Translations under genes and position numbers: made by a program
Notes under the pieces: model-generated
Told to the model about the DNA's origin: nothing
The model's input: the letters and a program-made list of their open reading frames with translations, nothing else
Database searches by the model: none
Origin: the human T2T-CHM13v2.0 reference genome, Homo sapiens
Assembly (NCBI RefSeq): GCF_009914755.1
Contig: NC_060930.1
Reading direction: 5' to 3' (one strand)
Length of the DNA stretch: 64,000 nt
Shown: positions 12,451 to 24,750 of the stretch, one piece after another
Numbering within the stretch: position 1 is the first letter of the stretch
How the letters are laid out: each line of letters opens with the position of its first letter

Positions 12451-13667
12451 TAAGAGTATACTTGGAGGGGCAGGGGTCTTGGCTCTCTGGAGCCACACAT
12501 GCTCCTCCACTCCCACCCCTGGGATCTATTCCTCAGGAACTAGATATCAGACCATTGTTCTCAGCTGCTGCCCACCCATCATCCAGGCCTGTACAGGAGC
12601 ATGTCCAAGCTAAGTCCATGAGCTCAGAGCCACGAAATGCAATATTTGATCCTTCTCTCAGAGGAATGCAGTCCTTGTAGGCCCCTCTAGCCCTCATACA
12701 TTGAAGAGTATGTCCAGGTGAGAGTTGCCCAGGTGGGCTCTGCCATCCATACTTGCTCCTCAGCCTGATCAGCCAGAGGCTGATGGGGTTCAAGAGAGAT
12801 CAGAGAGTTTTGAGAAGAAGCAATGAGAGTTCAAATATAGAGTCAAATACTAGCCTTGACTACTGTAAGAGACCCCAAAAAAGGATTTGAGGCACTCACA
12901 ATATTCTGCATTCATGTTTGTCATCACACGCCAACCTTGTGTAGGAAAGAAAGATCATTAACCTACTTCCTCTTTGGTTTATTATTCTAGCTACAAAAGG
13001 GATGTTTTTCAGGGAGGTCATGTGTATAAAATGTTCAACTATCAGCCAAGTGGGTCTGTGCACACCCAGACATAGAAGGATGGACAAGATGACATCTCAA
13101 AGTAGCTCCCAAGTCAGTGTGGAAATCTATGAACTTCCCCCTTCTCCCGGGCATCGTGGAGAGAAAAAGCCCCTTCCCTACTGCAGTTTGTGGTTTTGAC
13201 TTTGATTAAATCTGGAGATTAATTTTTCCCAGTGACAGAGTGGCCAGCCTGGAAGCCATAATCCCTTCAGTAGTTCAACATGTTTATGGGGGTGAGAGGA
13301 TGCTTAATGTGGCAGTTAAAATGCTAAGCTGAGTAATCAGTTCATTAGAAATTTACTCAATATGTTTGCTGTCTGCAGCTGGGCCCCACTCCCCTGGACA
13401 GAGATAAATCAGCAGACAATGCAGCTAGTGACAAGATAAACTCCTCCAACATCGACAGCAAGGCTCTGAAATGCCCTCTCATAGAGAAGAATTCTCTGGC
13501 TCAGTGCCCCCGAGGTCTTGAACAGGCCAGGCTGCTCCTTAGAGCTGGAGAGAACTATTAAGGTAGAGTACACCCAACGTCTGGACTTTAAGCCCTGGAA
13601 GAACTCAGGGCAAATAAGGAAAGCTGTAGCTCAAGGTCACTTGGTTATCATGGGCTGACCAGCCACG

Positions 13668-14149
13668 GGTCTTGATTTAAGTGCCCCCAGAAGGAGATCC
13701 TGAGACAAAGATTCAAGGGCACACAGTTTATTTGGGAGGTGGACTTTGAAAACCTGGGAGGGGAGTAGGGGAACTGAAAAGGGAAAAAGAACTCAGCTAA
13801 TAAATGTGTTATCAAGCTAGTTACAACAGGGACAGCTGGAGCTCAGCCCCCCTGGGGAACTCAGCCCCCACTGGAGAACTCAGAGGTGGCAGAGACATTC
13901 ACATCAGTGCTACCCCTCCCTCCTGCGGGGCGAGGGTGCTGAAAGGAGAGTACCCATCAGTCATTGTTTGAGGGCTGCTCCAGGGGCATACATTTTTTGG
14001 CCCTTCTGGCCTATGTACTTTCCTTTGAAGAATATGTAAGTCTAGAAGGCCCTCAAGTCAAAGATGCAGGTGTGGGCAGTGGGCAGTGGGAGTGGGGCTG
14101 GTATGAACTGAAATTGTGAGGTCTGAGGGGAGATAGTGTGCCGTCCACA
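13668..14149 (-). mobile_element. LTR16C-like ERVL solo LTR
   Basis: gatcctgagacaaagattcaagggcacacagtttatttgggaggtg...tgtgttatcaagc...cccatcagtcattgtttgagggctgctcc...gatgcaggtg. Confidence 0.8.
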
Positions 14150-14794
14150 GAGGATGAGCAGAATCAAGTGGGAATACAACAGCCACCCAATGAGTAATCT
14201 TAGAAGGAACTCAAGACCCCTGGGCTAATGAGTTTCCATTCCTGACTGTGCAATAAGAGCTGGATGCATCTGTAACAAAAGGCGGGACCCCTGAGCCCTG
14301 GAGTACAGAGATTCCTTGGGGAATTCGGCAGTTAGTGGGGCTTTATGGCAGATTCTTTCAGGGTTATGATGGGCTTGGGGGGATGGCAGGAGGGCATCTC
14401 AGCGGACCTGTGCCTGGGTAAGGAATGGGTAGAGGGTCAGAGAACTTGCTGGGCACTTCTCTGGGTGGAGAATGAGCAACAGAAGTGTCCCATGGTTAGG
14501 ATGAGGCCGCCTCATTTGAAATGTTAATAAATCATCTGGAAAAGGGAGTTACGCAGTGAAAGCTGGGGATGTGCAAATGGCACTAAGTTTTTTGAGGGAA
14601 TGAAATGTCAAGCCAATGGGGATACGCTACAGAATCCCACAAGGGTGTGTACGAGTGGGCAGAGAAGTGACAGATGAGATTTGGTGTGGGCAAGTGTAAG
14701 ATAATGTATTTAAAGACATATCTCAAGTGCTGTATGACTTCCTTCTGAGATGATGCATGCCACAGTGGTTTTATTTTAGGAAGAGTAGGGAGGG

Positions 14795-14960
14795 AAGGGG
14801 AACTGACATTTATGGTGTGGCTACTAGGTGTTCACAGGTTTTATCTTCTGGATGCAGAGTGAGGAAATGTGGTTCAGAGGGGCAGAGTAAATTGCCCAGT
14901 GTCACATACCTGGGAGGGGATGGCGTTGGGATCCTGATTCAATCTGTGTTCTTTCTAGTC
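14795..14960 (-). mobile_element. MIR
   Basis: gtgaggaaatgtggttcagaggggcagagtaaattgcccagtgtcacatacc. Confidence 0.65.
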
Positions 14961-15109
14961 TGTTCCCTGAGGACATGAACCAATGTGTAAAGTGGTCTGA
15001 AGACCACCAGGGGCCAGCCATGCCAGGGATTAATTCTGGGTCCCCTTCCTCTCAGGCCTGTCTCAGTCTCTTTTGCTGGTCTTTCAGCAAAAGTTGAATT
15101 GCTTCTGGC

Positions 15110-15385
15110 CCTTCTTGGCCTTCTCTATTCTCTTTCCCTTGGGGAGGTCATCCAGTTCTATGGTGAGTAGATCATTTATGCCAATGAGCCCCAAGTTCAT
15201 GCCCTCAGCCCTGGCTTCACCTGAGCTCCAGACTCACCATTTGACTCTCACTGACATCACCACTGGGGTGCCTCACAGGTGCTCCAGATCTGGCAGGGCG
15301 TCAATGAGTTCTTGCTTCTTCCCTTACACCTGTTCCTCCCGCAGCCTTCCTCATCTCACTAAATGGCAACTCCATGGAGCCTATC
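15110..15385 (+). mobile_element. L2 LINE fragment (RT region)
   Basis: tcatccagttctatgg...catttatgccaatgagccccaag...cctgagctccagactc...ctcatctcactaaatggcaactccat. Confidence 0.75.
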
Positions 15386-17169
15386 CTTGCATCTCTGCAA
15401 AATGCACACATCCCGAAAAAGTCGGCAGATGGGAAAGGGAGGTAGGCAGATAGCTGTGAAAGGTGCATGGCCTCTGGCTTTTGGAAGGATGACCAGAAGG
15501 GATGGCTGGAAGCCCAAAGAACTGTGAAACTGATGGGGGAAAGTCAATGGGTTTCATCAGTGAATCCAAGGATGGGATGGCTAGGATTTGGAAGTGTAAA
15601 AAGATACATGTCAGGATGAAACCAAAGGAAGCTACCAGGCCCACTGTGTATTTCCACATGGAGTGCCGCTGCCCACCCTTCCCAGCTGTCTGCTGGAGGT
15701 ATCCTGTGCCTTTCATCCAAATCCTACTTTTTCTCTGCATCCCCTGAGCAGTCAGAATCACCCAACCCTCCTAACCCCCTTTCCCAATCTCAGCCTTGAG
15801 CCTGGTGTGGGGTGGAAGCCCCAGACTCCTCTGGCTGGTGGGCAGGGTAAGGGCTCAGCATAGCAGTCCCCAGGCTCCCCAGTTACAGCAGCAGCCCCCA
15901 GTTCTTCCCTAGCCACGGGTCGAAAAGGAGAGGGAATATTTTCTTTTGTTGGGAAGACGAAAGCCAACCAAAAAAGGCCATAAAGTCACTGGATTGGAAA
16001 ATGAGAAAGTAGAATAAATAGGCTCTTGGGAGGGAAACAGGTCTTCCCCACTCTGTGAACAGAAATAAACAAGGAGAGCACCTGTCAGGAGGAATTTACA
16101 CCAGGGAATGGGTGGCTTGGCCCTGCCCAGAATCTGCAAGGAAGGGGTTCCAAGGAGCCCTGAATCTTCCTTCCAGACCAGACCTTTCTTCTCCCACTCT
16201 GCTGGCCACCTGCCTGGCCCCCCAACCCCCACCGCCATCCCCACCATCTTCCATTCCCTCTGCCTTGCTCCTTCCTGGCACCAGCACCCCCATGAGAAGT
16301 GATCCTGTCCTCTGCTGAAACAACCCACCTATCCTCCAAGCCTCCCTCCTGCAGGAAGCCTTCCTGGACCTCTTGCTTCTGAGAACCTGAGTCCCAGGTA
16401 TACAACACACCAACTCTCCACCTGTCCCCACCACACCTTAGGCAGCTGCCTGCCATTCTGTCCCTTGACCAAGCCATTTATCAAGCCTTCTGTGGCCCAT
16501 AGAGTGTAATTATTCCCATCTTTCAAGGCTCAGCTTCAACATCTCCTCCAGGAAGCCCTCCATGATCCCTACAACCTTTAGAAGGACTTAAGGCTTCCTC
16601 CCTATACCCACTGTGTTTTAGGGGTAGTTCCAGACCTCAGGTCTGGTATGAAGGAATTTCTGCCTCCTCTGCCTCCTTGAGGGCAGGTGCATTTCCCTAT
16701 CCCTCAGGGTTTCAGGGCAATAGGGTTAGAGGATGATTAGAATTAGGGAACATTCTAGGAAGTGTAAAAAGTTAGGAGCAAACCAAAGGAAGGGAACTGA
16801 CTCAGTCAAAAAAAAAGTACTTGTTGGTGGAGAGTTGAACCGATAATGTTGAATTTTATTTTGCTTTCAAGGTGTTGGCGTAAAGACTTCACATAGCAAT
16901 AAGCACATAGCCTGCTGTGAAGTCCATTCCTTCTACAGATATTTACCAAACACCTCTCTCACACCTGTCTATACCATAGGCACACATACACCTCACAGCA
17001 CACCAGGAAAAAGCAGGCACACCCCACCCTGCCTGCCTCCATCTCACTGCCTTCTCTGCATCCCTGCTGTTGCTTTAGTGTATTTGAAAACCAATAAAGA
17101 CCTCCCACCAGAAAACAAAAACACGAACAACAGAACAATAGAGCACCCTGTTCTTCTAAGCACCAATTC

Positions 17170-17340
17170 AACAATCATCACACTTCAGAGCTGGAAGGGA
17201 CTTGGAATAAGCTCATTGGACCTCTTCACTCCACAGATGGCGAAACTGAGGACCCAAGTGGGGCAGTGCCCATCTGAGGTGTGCGGTTAAGAAGAGGCAG
17301 AGGCACCTGCAGACCTCCTAACACCCGGTCTCCAGGCTCT
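17170..17340 (-). mobile_element. MIR/MIR3 fragment
   Basis: agagctggaagggacttgg...cagatggcgaaactgaggacccaag. Confidence 0.65.
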
Positions 17341-18829
17341 CCTCAACCCACCTCAGCTTGGCCCGGTGAAGGGAGATTGTGCCTGGAGGAGGTGGCAGCG
17401 TCTGGGACACACAGGGGAGGAGATGGGTGAGAAGGAGGAAAAGTGGGGCAGGAGGGCAGCAGCCCAGCCTGGGAAGGGGTTGAGGGATGAGGCAGGGCTT
17501 CCTGGGTGCTGACGAGGAGGCCTGGGAGGAGGGCAGAAGGACACAATTAGAACTCCAAGGGAACTGTCCTTACCCACCCTTCTCACCTTCCCTCAGGGTC
17601 TGTCTTCTCCCACTTACTTAGGGAAAAATAATGACAGAAAGGTGGAGAGTAGAGACAAAAGAGAGGGCTGACCCACCTGTCCTCCCTCCCATCTCTGTCC
17701 TTCTGTCTCCATCTACTCATTCCCTCCTGTGACTTACCCGCTGCTGCACTCCGTAGGCATGCCCGGGTGCCCCCAGCTCATCTCCCCACTTGCACCACCT
17801 CAGCCCCAGCTGCTGCTCCCCAAGTTCACTTCCCCTTGACCTCTCTGGCCTTTCTGCTCCTTCCCTCTATGCCTCTCTGCCTGCAGCAGAGGGAGGGCCG
17901 CCGCTTGCCTGGAGCCCGGAGCCCAGCACCCAGAGATCAGTCAGCTCCAGGGGGAAGAAGGGCCCAGCACCTACTGCTCTGCAGCAAGCCCAGGAGAGAA
18001 GTCAGACCCCGTGGAAGCACATCTCGTCAGGGTTCTGTGGAGGCCAGGGAGGAAATGGGCCCAACTAATCCACGTTTGCCTCTCCAGATTGGAGTACAAG
18101 TGGGGAGATGGAAGAATTAACCTTTTCAAAAATGTAATTTCATAAAATCATCTTGCTTGGAACAGACTCTCTGGTTATTACTATTATTTATGGCCGTGTC
18201 CATGCCTCAGGCCACCACCAGTGTGGAGAGATGGAGGAGGAGCAGCGAGGCTGCAGCTGCCTGATGGAGAGAAGAAGGGCTGCCATTCTGAAGCTCAGGC
18301 TCAGGGCTCACCATGCAGCCACCCTCAGAGCCCTGTGGCCCCCAGAGCTCACCTGTGGCTATCCTGCAGAAGGACCCCCAGGGGAAAAGATTTTCAAGGC
18401 ACTCTCAAGACTCTCACATGAAAATTCTTTCCTCTTTGCCCCTCTTCAGCCCTGCCGACACTCTCAGAGCTGCCGATTCCCTGCTCTCCTCTAGAGCTCA
18501 CCATGGCTGGCACAGGCCACAGCATATGGCCCACTCTTAGCAGCTGCCCCTCACAGCCAGGCCTGGGTTTGCTCATAGCACCCATTAGCCCTGTCAGGAC
18601 TGGAACATCAGAGAAGCCTGCCACCAGAGACTTGCTCCTGGGCTCAGAGAATGGGCATTAAGCTCCTGCTACTGCCAACCTGCCTGGGGCAGGGGAGATT
18701 CCTTGACTTTCTGGCCCTCTGTTCCCTCCCTGACTTCCCGGCTTCCCTGGCTTCGATCTGGCTGACTTCTCTTCAAGCTTTGAGTGATGCCTCACATCCT
18801 TGTCTCGTCCGGATATATGGGCCTCACCT

Positions 18830-19050
18830 GTAAGGTGAGGGGTATGTGCATGGTGTGCAGGAGGGACAGCCAGGAGGCCACTGTGGCCATAGAGGGGTGA
18901 GGGGGAGGAGGAAGACAAAGAGGATAGGGAAGCCATGGCGGTGGAGATGGCGGTCACGTAGGGTCTTGCAGGTCATTGAGAGAGCTTTGGCTTTTACTCT
19001 GAGTGAACCTGGGAGCCACTGCAGGATCTAGAGCAGAAGAGGCTGTGACA
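18830..19050 (-). mobile_element. L2 fragment
   Basis: gtcacgtagggtcttgcaggtcattgagagagctttggcttttactctgagtg...gggagccactgcagga. Confidence 0.7.
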
Positions 19051-19330
19051 TACCGTCACCACGGATGCTCACCTGTTCTCTGGGGCCTGGTCTGCTCAAG
19101 CTGCTTCATTCTCCCCACCTCAATGTCTTTCCTCTTTCCTTGGGACCCCACGAATTTAACAATATTCCCTGGGTGCCCATCTTAGAGTGCACCTGGAGGG
19201 CAAGGAAAGAGAAAGGTGTGGCTCTTGCCCTTGTCAAGGCCATCATCTTGTGGAAGACACAAGATTTCCTCCCTAGAAGTGCCAAAGAAAGAGTAGCCGG
19301 AGGGCTCCTAGCATCCCGGCTCTGGCCCCA

Positions 19331-19982
19331 CTCCATTTTGCTGTGTGACTGTGGGTAGGTAGGCAGCTTACCCTCTCTGAGTGTGTTTCCCTCACTCTAT
19401 TTTGCCATGTGACTGTGGGTAGGTAGGCAGTTTACCCTCTCTGAGTGTGTTTCCCTCACTCTATTTTGCCGTGTGACTGTGGGTAGGTAGGCAGCTTACC
19501 CTCTCTGAGTGTGTTTCCCTCTCTCCATTTTGCTGTGTGACTGTGGGTAGGTAGGCAGCTTACCCTCTCTGAGTGTGTTTCCCTCACTCTATTTTGCCGT
19601 GTGACTGTGGGTAGGTAGGCAGCTTACCCTCTCTGAGTGTCTGTTTCCCTCACTCTATTTTGCCGTGTGACTGTGGGTAGGTAGGCAGCTTACCCTCTCT
19701 GAGTGTCTGTTTCCCTCACTCTATTTTGCCGTGTGACTGTGGGTAGGTAGGCAGCTTACCCTCTCTGAGTGTCTGTTTCCCTCACTCTATTTTGCCGTGT
19801 GACTGTGGGTAGGTAGGCAGCTTACCCTCTCTGAGTGTCTGTTTCCCTCACTCTATTTTGCCGTGTGACTGTGGGTAGGTAGGCAGCTTACCCTCTCTGA
19901 GTGTCTGTTTCCCTCACTCTATTTTGCTGTGTGACTGTGGGTAGGTAGGCAGCTTACCCTCTCTGAGTGTGTTTCCCTCTCT
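19331..19982 (+). repeat. Minisatellite/VNTR, 10 copies of a 64/66-bp unit derived from a MIR core
   Basis: GTGGGTAGGT anchor at 19351, 19415, 19479, 19543, 19607, 19673, 19739, 19805, 19871, 19937; near-identical units. Confidence 0.97.
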
Positions 19983-20799
19983 GGAAAATCAAGGAAAGGG
20001 ACCCTGTGGTCTAAGGTACCTTTGAGCCAAGACACCAATCCTCTGGAATTGGGAGGAACGGGGAGGATGACTTAAGGTGATGGGACTAGTTGGGCAGGAT
20101 TTCCTACATGAAAGAGCCCTCCCCTGAGTCCCAAGGGTGAGTGAAGCGTGAAGGGCGGGAAGGTGCAGTCCCTTCCTCTTGCCTGTCCTGGAACCTGCTC
20201 TCCTTCCTGCTCGGCTGTCCCCGCCCCACAGCTCCCCCTGCTCCCCTGTCCTGGCCCAGCTCCTCTCTCAGCCCCCTCTCTGGCACTGAGCTGGAAGCAC
20301 ATCGAACCTGCCAGGTTAAATCAGATCCACATGTGCAACAATTTAACAAGAGATGGATCTGGCGTATGTGTGCAGTTTTTAAATAGAGGTTCCTTGGAGC
20401 CGGTTGTTTCACTCAGAATGAAAACAATTGATTATCTTTAGAGCCACTTACTGAGGCTTCTCAGCCTTGATACAACCAGCCTGGGGTTTACAGGACCCAG
20501 CACTACTCACCTGCCCTCAGGACTGCAACAGCCCTGTTCTCAGGGAGAGGTGGGCATCACTGCATGGCAGCCAGGGGCACCTCCTCTGCTGGGGGCCAGG
20601 GCAGAGGCAACAGGCCCCCAAGGAGGGCACTGGAGGCCAGCCTCTCAGTCATAACCAGAACCAGTTCCGAAGCCCAGACTCATTTAGAGGAGGAGAGGAG
20701 GGGGTCACAGGAACACCCCTCCCAATTCGCTGCCCAGCAGAAGGAAAAAGAAATTCCCTACCCTGGGGGAGCTTCCATTCTAGCAGTAGTGTGGTTGGT

Positions 20800-21010
20800 G
20801 GACACTAACAAGAAAACATATGTAGGATGCTGGGTAGTGCTAAGTGCTTCAGTGAAGCATCAAGCAGGTTACAGGCATGAGGGGGAATGAGGACTGAGGC
20901 ACAGGAGCTCATTTGGACAGGGTGGTCAGGAAGAGGGGAGCAAGGAGACTATGACATATGAAAGAGCCAAACCCTGGTGACATCTCAGAAAGGACATTCA
21001 AAGCAGAGAG
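20800..21010 (-). mobile_element. L2 fragment
   Basis: agtgctaagtgcttcagtgaagcatcaagcagg...ggacagggtggtcaggaag. Confidence 0.5.
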
Positions 21011-22419
21011 AAACAACATCCTGGAGTCCTCTATGCACTGAGACCCGAGCCAAGGCTGGGTATCAGGGATGGGAAGTGTGTCCCTCTATAGATGCCCCCT
21101 GCCCTTGCCAGCCCACCTTGAACTTCTGCCTCAGTTTCCCTGCATGCCACTCCAGTTTCCTGCCAGGCATTGCTCTGTACTTGGAGTCCTGACTTGAACC
21201 CTGACTCATTTGGCTGAGGAAATGGCACTTGTCTAATGCTTACCAGCTGCTTCCCAAGGGCAGAGACACTGTTTTCTATATTCCAGGCTAGGTGGCATTC
21301 CACTGTGTGTGGGCAGACAGGATGACCAGCTGGCTTTGAGTACTGCCCTCTGCCTTCACATCTTCCATTTCAGGGCTTAACCTACTGGCCTGGACATGCT
21401 CGCCCATACAGAGTCTGTCTAGCACCCACACTACAATGGATGAGGCCAAATGGGACCCATAAATAGCTTCCTGAGTGCTCCAGAACCTCCAGAAGCCCCA
21501 GCTCTGTCTCAAACTTCCTCCTGCACCTCCATCTCTTGGAGTCTGGTTTCTGCCCCACTGCCTTGCAGCCGGCTTCTGCCTCTCAACTAGACTGATGTCT
21601 TGCTTGGACAGTCCATTTGCCTGGATGCTGGCCTCACCTCCAGACACTAACTTCCAGCTTGTAGGTCAATCCTGCCTTATCCCCATCAAGCCAGGCTCTA
21701 GAACCCCAGTCAGGGACCAGTCTCAGGTTACAATTGATCTCTGTACCCTGATCTGGCCCAACAAGGGCAGACACAATCACTAGGTATGTCTATTGGCCAG
21801 GCCAGTGTGCCTTTCACCAGAGCCTCACCTGCTGTTCTGACAAGACAGTGCTGTCCTGTGGTTCTGGAAAAGCCCAAAAGGGTGAAATGGACCTCCCCTA
21901 GGGACAGTCAGAGAGGAGCTTCTTGCTAATGTCTTGGTCAGTCCTATGTTTACAACACAAAGTAGAGTGTTAGGAATCTTAGGGAAAAACAACACAAGAT
22001 GGGAAAGCAGGTTTGAAGTAGTTATGGATCTCAGGTCCAGGGGGAGACAGGACATCGGTTTCCATTCCCAGCTCTGTTCCTAACAGGGTCACCTGGGATA
22101 AGTAACATTCCTGCTCCTCAAATGTCAAATCAGGGGCATTGGACCAGATCAGCACTTCTCTCCTCACTGTGTGCCATGGAAGGTTCCTTGGAGCCCTCTC
22201 AAAGGCTGCTCAGGGCGGAGGTGAGAGCAAGGGGCTTAGTTTCCCCACCCCCGTTTCCAAAAGGTAGGGCTTCTTTCTTCTATTTAAGCTGCCTCAAAAT
22301 GCTGCCTTTGAAAAAGAGTAGAGTCTTACAAATTGCTTTAAAACCCTTTCATTATATAACTTTGAAATTCCAAGAATTAAAGATTAATCATCAGTTGATG
22401 ACCTAGGCACTTGGCTCCC

Positions 22420-24750
22420 TGTCTCTCTCCACAACTATCCCTGCCATCATTCCTGACAATTTCATATCCTGGCAGATTACCTGTTCAACACCCAGGCCCC
22501 TTAGTCCATTGTCCCTCTTAGCACCAAGGACCTCATCCTTCTCTTCAACATCCCCTCACAAGGCCACAATCTAGACCTCATCATCATCCATAACACCTCA
22601 CCTCTGAAAGCTTTATTTCAAGCAGCCCCATGATTGTCATCTCCTATCTCACTCTCTACTCCTATGCCAAATATTCTTCCACCTGATTGAGAGCCCCAAT
22701 CCATTCATCTTGTTCACTGTTGATGAAACAGTGTTCTTATTTTCTTCTATTACTCAGCCCAGAGTTCATAGACCAACCCAAAAACCATCCTCTTCCAAGT
22801 ACTCTTGTTGTCCTTGGACTTATCTCCTTCCTTCATGCTCACCTGGAAATCCCCAACCCTGGTTAAACCCAATCATCCATCTGCTTGGCACCTGCATCCA
22901 TCAGCTGACTGGCATCTAGAGCCCTCTAGGGAATAACACACAGGTAGACTAGTTCTAATAACTGGGCAGACCTTTGAACCTTTCCAGGTAGTGTTCCTAT
23001 ACTTTCCTAATTCACTTTTCAACATTTTCCATCATTCCTCAAATAATCATTTTCCCTGCCTGGTCCTCCTCACCAGACAACAGCTTTGATACACACTTCA
23101 CAGAGAAGTCAATGAAATCAGAGACCTATCTCTTCCTCAATCCCTATGCTACCAGCTGACCTGCATTTTCTCACTGTCTGGATTATCTCACTGAAAAACA
23201 TGGCTCCCTATTTAACATCTTAACAAATAAATATCCTTTGACACCATGTTGGCTTCCTCTATGACCCTGCACACTGGTTTATAGCAAAATATTTACTAGT
23301 CAGTACCATCTCTACTACCTCATCCCCACCTCTCTTCATGTTGGGCATTTACTCCTACTTTTCCATGAAACAGGCATTGTTCAGGATCACCTCTGACCAC
23401 CCAACATCTTCTCAAAGCCAAGTTTCAGTCCTCATCTTGTCCACTCTCCTCATGGCCATCCATACAGTTGCCCTGTCTCCTTCCTGAAGCCTCCATCATC
23501 TAGAACCCTCCAGGGAGTAGCACACAGCCATGTTGACTAGCTCTAATGTATGAGCTAGTCAGTTTACCCCCAAAAGCATGGGTTGTTCCTTTCCAGCCTC
23601 CTTTGCCAGCTCCCAGGCCTCTCATTGTCAGATTGCCTAAGGCTTGATCCTTAACCCTCTTCTCTTCTGTGTCTACACTCTACTGAGATGATCATATCTG
23701 GTCATACGACTTCCAACACCTTCTAGTGGATGAAGATTCTTCACATTTACCTCCAGCCCAGCCCTTTCCTCCAAACCCCACTGAAAATACACATCCCACT
23801 GCCAACCTGCCACCTCCACTTGGATATCTATTGGGCACCTTGAACCCAAACAGAAAAATACATTCCCTCTTCTCACTCCAAATATGCCAATACATTCCCC
23901 GCTTGGAGCCTCTCCCAACTCAGAAATGCCCCACCATCCACCCATCCAGATGCTCAAGCCAAAAGCTTAAGAGACATTCTTGATTCCTCCCTTCCTCTCA
24001 CACCAAAGAGCCCATCTATCCCTAAGTCTCTTTGGCTCTACCTCCAAAATGTATCCCGAATCCAACCCCTTCTTACCACCTCCACTACTACTGCCTGGTC
24101 CATGTCACCATCCTCTCTCACTTGGACCACATTAATCTTCTAATTTATCCTGTCATTCTGGCCCACCTCCAACGTGTCCTCCACAGAGCAGCAAGAGGGA
24201 CCCATCTAAACCGGAATCAGGTCAGGTCAGCCCACTGTTTTAAAACCTTTCAGTGGTTCCCGCTGCACCAGGGGTAAAAGACACAGCCCCCACTGCAGCC
24301 TGCAAGGCCCTGTGTGATTCGGTCTCTGCCTATTCATTTTCCCTTGGGACCACCCTTGGTCAGGAAGCTCAGACACCCTGGACTCAGCTCATTCCAGTCT
24401 TAGAATCTTTGCACTGATTAGTCCTCCTGCTTGGACCCCTCTTACCCTGCCCTGGTCTTCACATGCCCAGCCCTCATCATTTGGCTCTCAGGTCAGATGC
24501 AGTGTCCTCAGAGAGGCCTCTCAAAGGGCCCCCTCCCTGACCTCCATCATCCTGCCACCCACATCTGCACTAATCTATTTTATCTTCTGTATTGGTGCTT
24601 AAAAGCATTTTCCTGATTGGTTTGTGTGTTATCCTCTGCTTCCTCCTGCTAGAATATGAGACCCTTTGGGGCAAGGAGTTGATCTAGGTGGTTTCTGACT
24701 CTAGTCCCAGCATTTCAAAAGCACCTGGCACATAGTAGGTGCTTATTAAA
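22420..24750 (+). mobile_element. Long L2 LINE remnant (degenerate ORF2 EN/RT regions and 3' end)
   Basis: ggccacaatctagacctcatcatc (EN-like), ccccaaccctggttaaacccaa, ctccacttggatatctattgggcacc, cacctccactactactgcctggtcca, and 3' end gcacctggcacatagtaggtgctta. Confidence 0.85.

Noticed and set aside
19331-19982. CRISPR-like regular repeat
   Set aside because: Units are head-to-tail with no unique spacers, there are no cas genes, and the DNA is primate; it is a VNTR.
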